Positions 63,291-64,000 of a DNA stretch of 64,000 bases are shown here, one piece after another. The stretch comes from Heptranchias perlo (taxonomy: Eukaryota). Position 1 is the first letter of the stretch. Each line of letters starts with the position of its first letter. The translations under genes were made by a program, and so were the position numbers. Below the pieces are notes generated by a model that did no database searches, was not told the DNA's origin, and was given only the letters and a program-made list of their open reading frames with translations. The stretch is taken from the NCBI RefSeq assembly GCF_035084215.1, contig NW_027138407.1:1054001-1118000 (forward strand), read 5' to 3'.

Positions 63291-64000
63291 AATATATTTG
63301 CGATGTCCTATATACAGTGACGAGGGGGAAACGTTACGCATTATGAATGTGGGTATCATCTTTACTTTATTCCCCCATAACTTATAAAAATTTAGCAAAA
63401 AACAATTGTTACTTCAATCCGTTGTAACATTTGCATTTCTCGCTCTCTTTATTTCAGTGGTGTGTTGGTGGGGGAACATTTGTGATGTTTCAGTCACTCA
63501 ATACTCTAATCTCGGCCTTCCGTTTCTGTGTTTATTTCCATAAACGTCTCATTAGTTTCGATGAAATGTACACGGCAGCAAACCCAGATCAACAAAGTCA
63601 CTTAATGGTTTATTTGAACTCACAAAACGGTTCATTTTAAGAATATTGACATTAGGTACAAAATAAATAAATAAAGAGCACTCTAAGTCCTCGGTCACCT
63701 GGTTGACTCCAGCCCAGAAACTCTGATGCAGAGGTCAGGATGTCAACTTCTTATTGTTGCACAAAGAGACAAATTGAGGTCATTTTATTTGTTGTCGTGA
63801 GCAATGAAATAAGGGAACTAGCAATGTGCATCGTAGAATCCTTCAATGCATAGCATGGAGGGAGGCAATCCTTCCAGTCCTGCCTGTGCTGGTGCCGGCT
63901 GTTCAAATCGAGTTGTTTACTGTTATCCCATTTCCCTGCCCCTCCCCTCTATCATGTACATAGACTCCATTTTCAAAAGCCTCTCCCTCTCTGTAGGCCT

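Overview
Eukaryotic genomic DNA from a cartilaginous fish (shark-like) immunoglobulin heavy-chain region, carrying two tandem, same-strand IgM (mu) miniloci about 41-43 kb apart. Cluster 1 (1-11.6 kb) is 5'-truncated by the window: the end of the J-C intron, Cmu1-Cmu4 with secretory tail, TM1 and TM2. Cluster 2 (37.7-54.7 kb) is complete and unrearranged: leader, VH, D1, D2 and JH with intact RSSs (V23 / 12-D1-22 / 12-D2-12 / 23-J), then Cmu1-4, secretory tail, TM1 and TM2. All its reading frames and splice sites are intact. The rest is CR1 and L2 LINEs, DeuSINE-type SINEs, tandem repeats (27, 38, about 55 and about 67 bp units), microsatellites and a 142-N gap. The lead finding is that the leader and VH of cluster 2 look IgW (IgX)-class while D1, D2, JH and all C exons look IgM, i.e. 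a candidate germline-encoded IgW-V/IgM chimeric gene. That class assignment rests on recalled family signatures and needs a phylogeny. Other leads: homology between the clusters breaks off about 115 bp 5' of Cmu1; Cmu3-Cmu4 are nearly identical while Cmu1-2 diverge; unusual cysteines; a cryptic 23-RSS overlapping D1; an inverted duplicated CRE/Ets module in the J-C intron; and a palindromic Penelope-like insert with hammerhead-ribozyme cores. All alignments and counts were done by eye.
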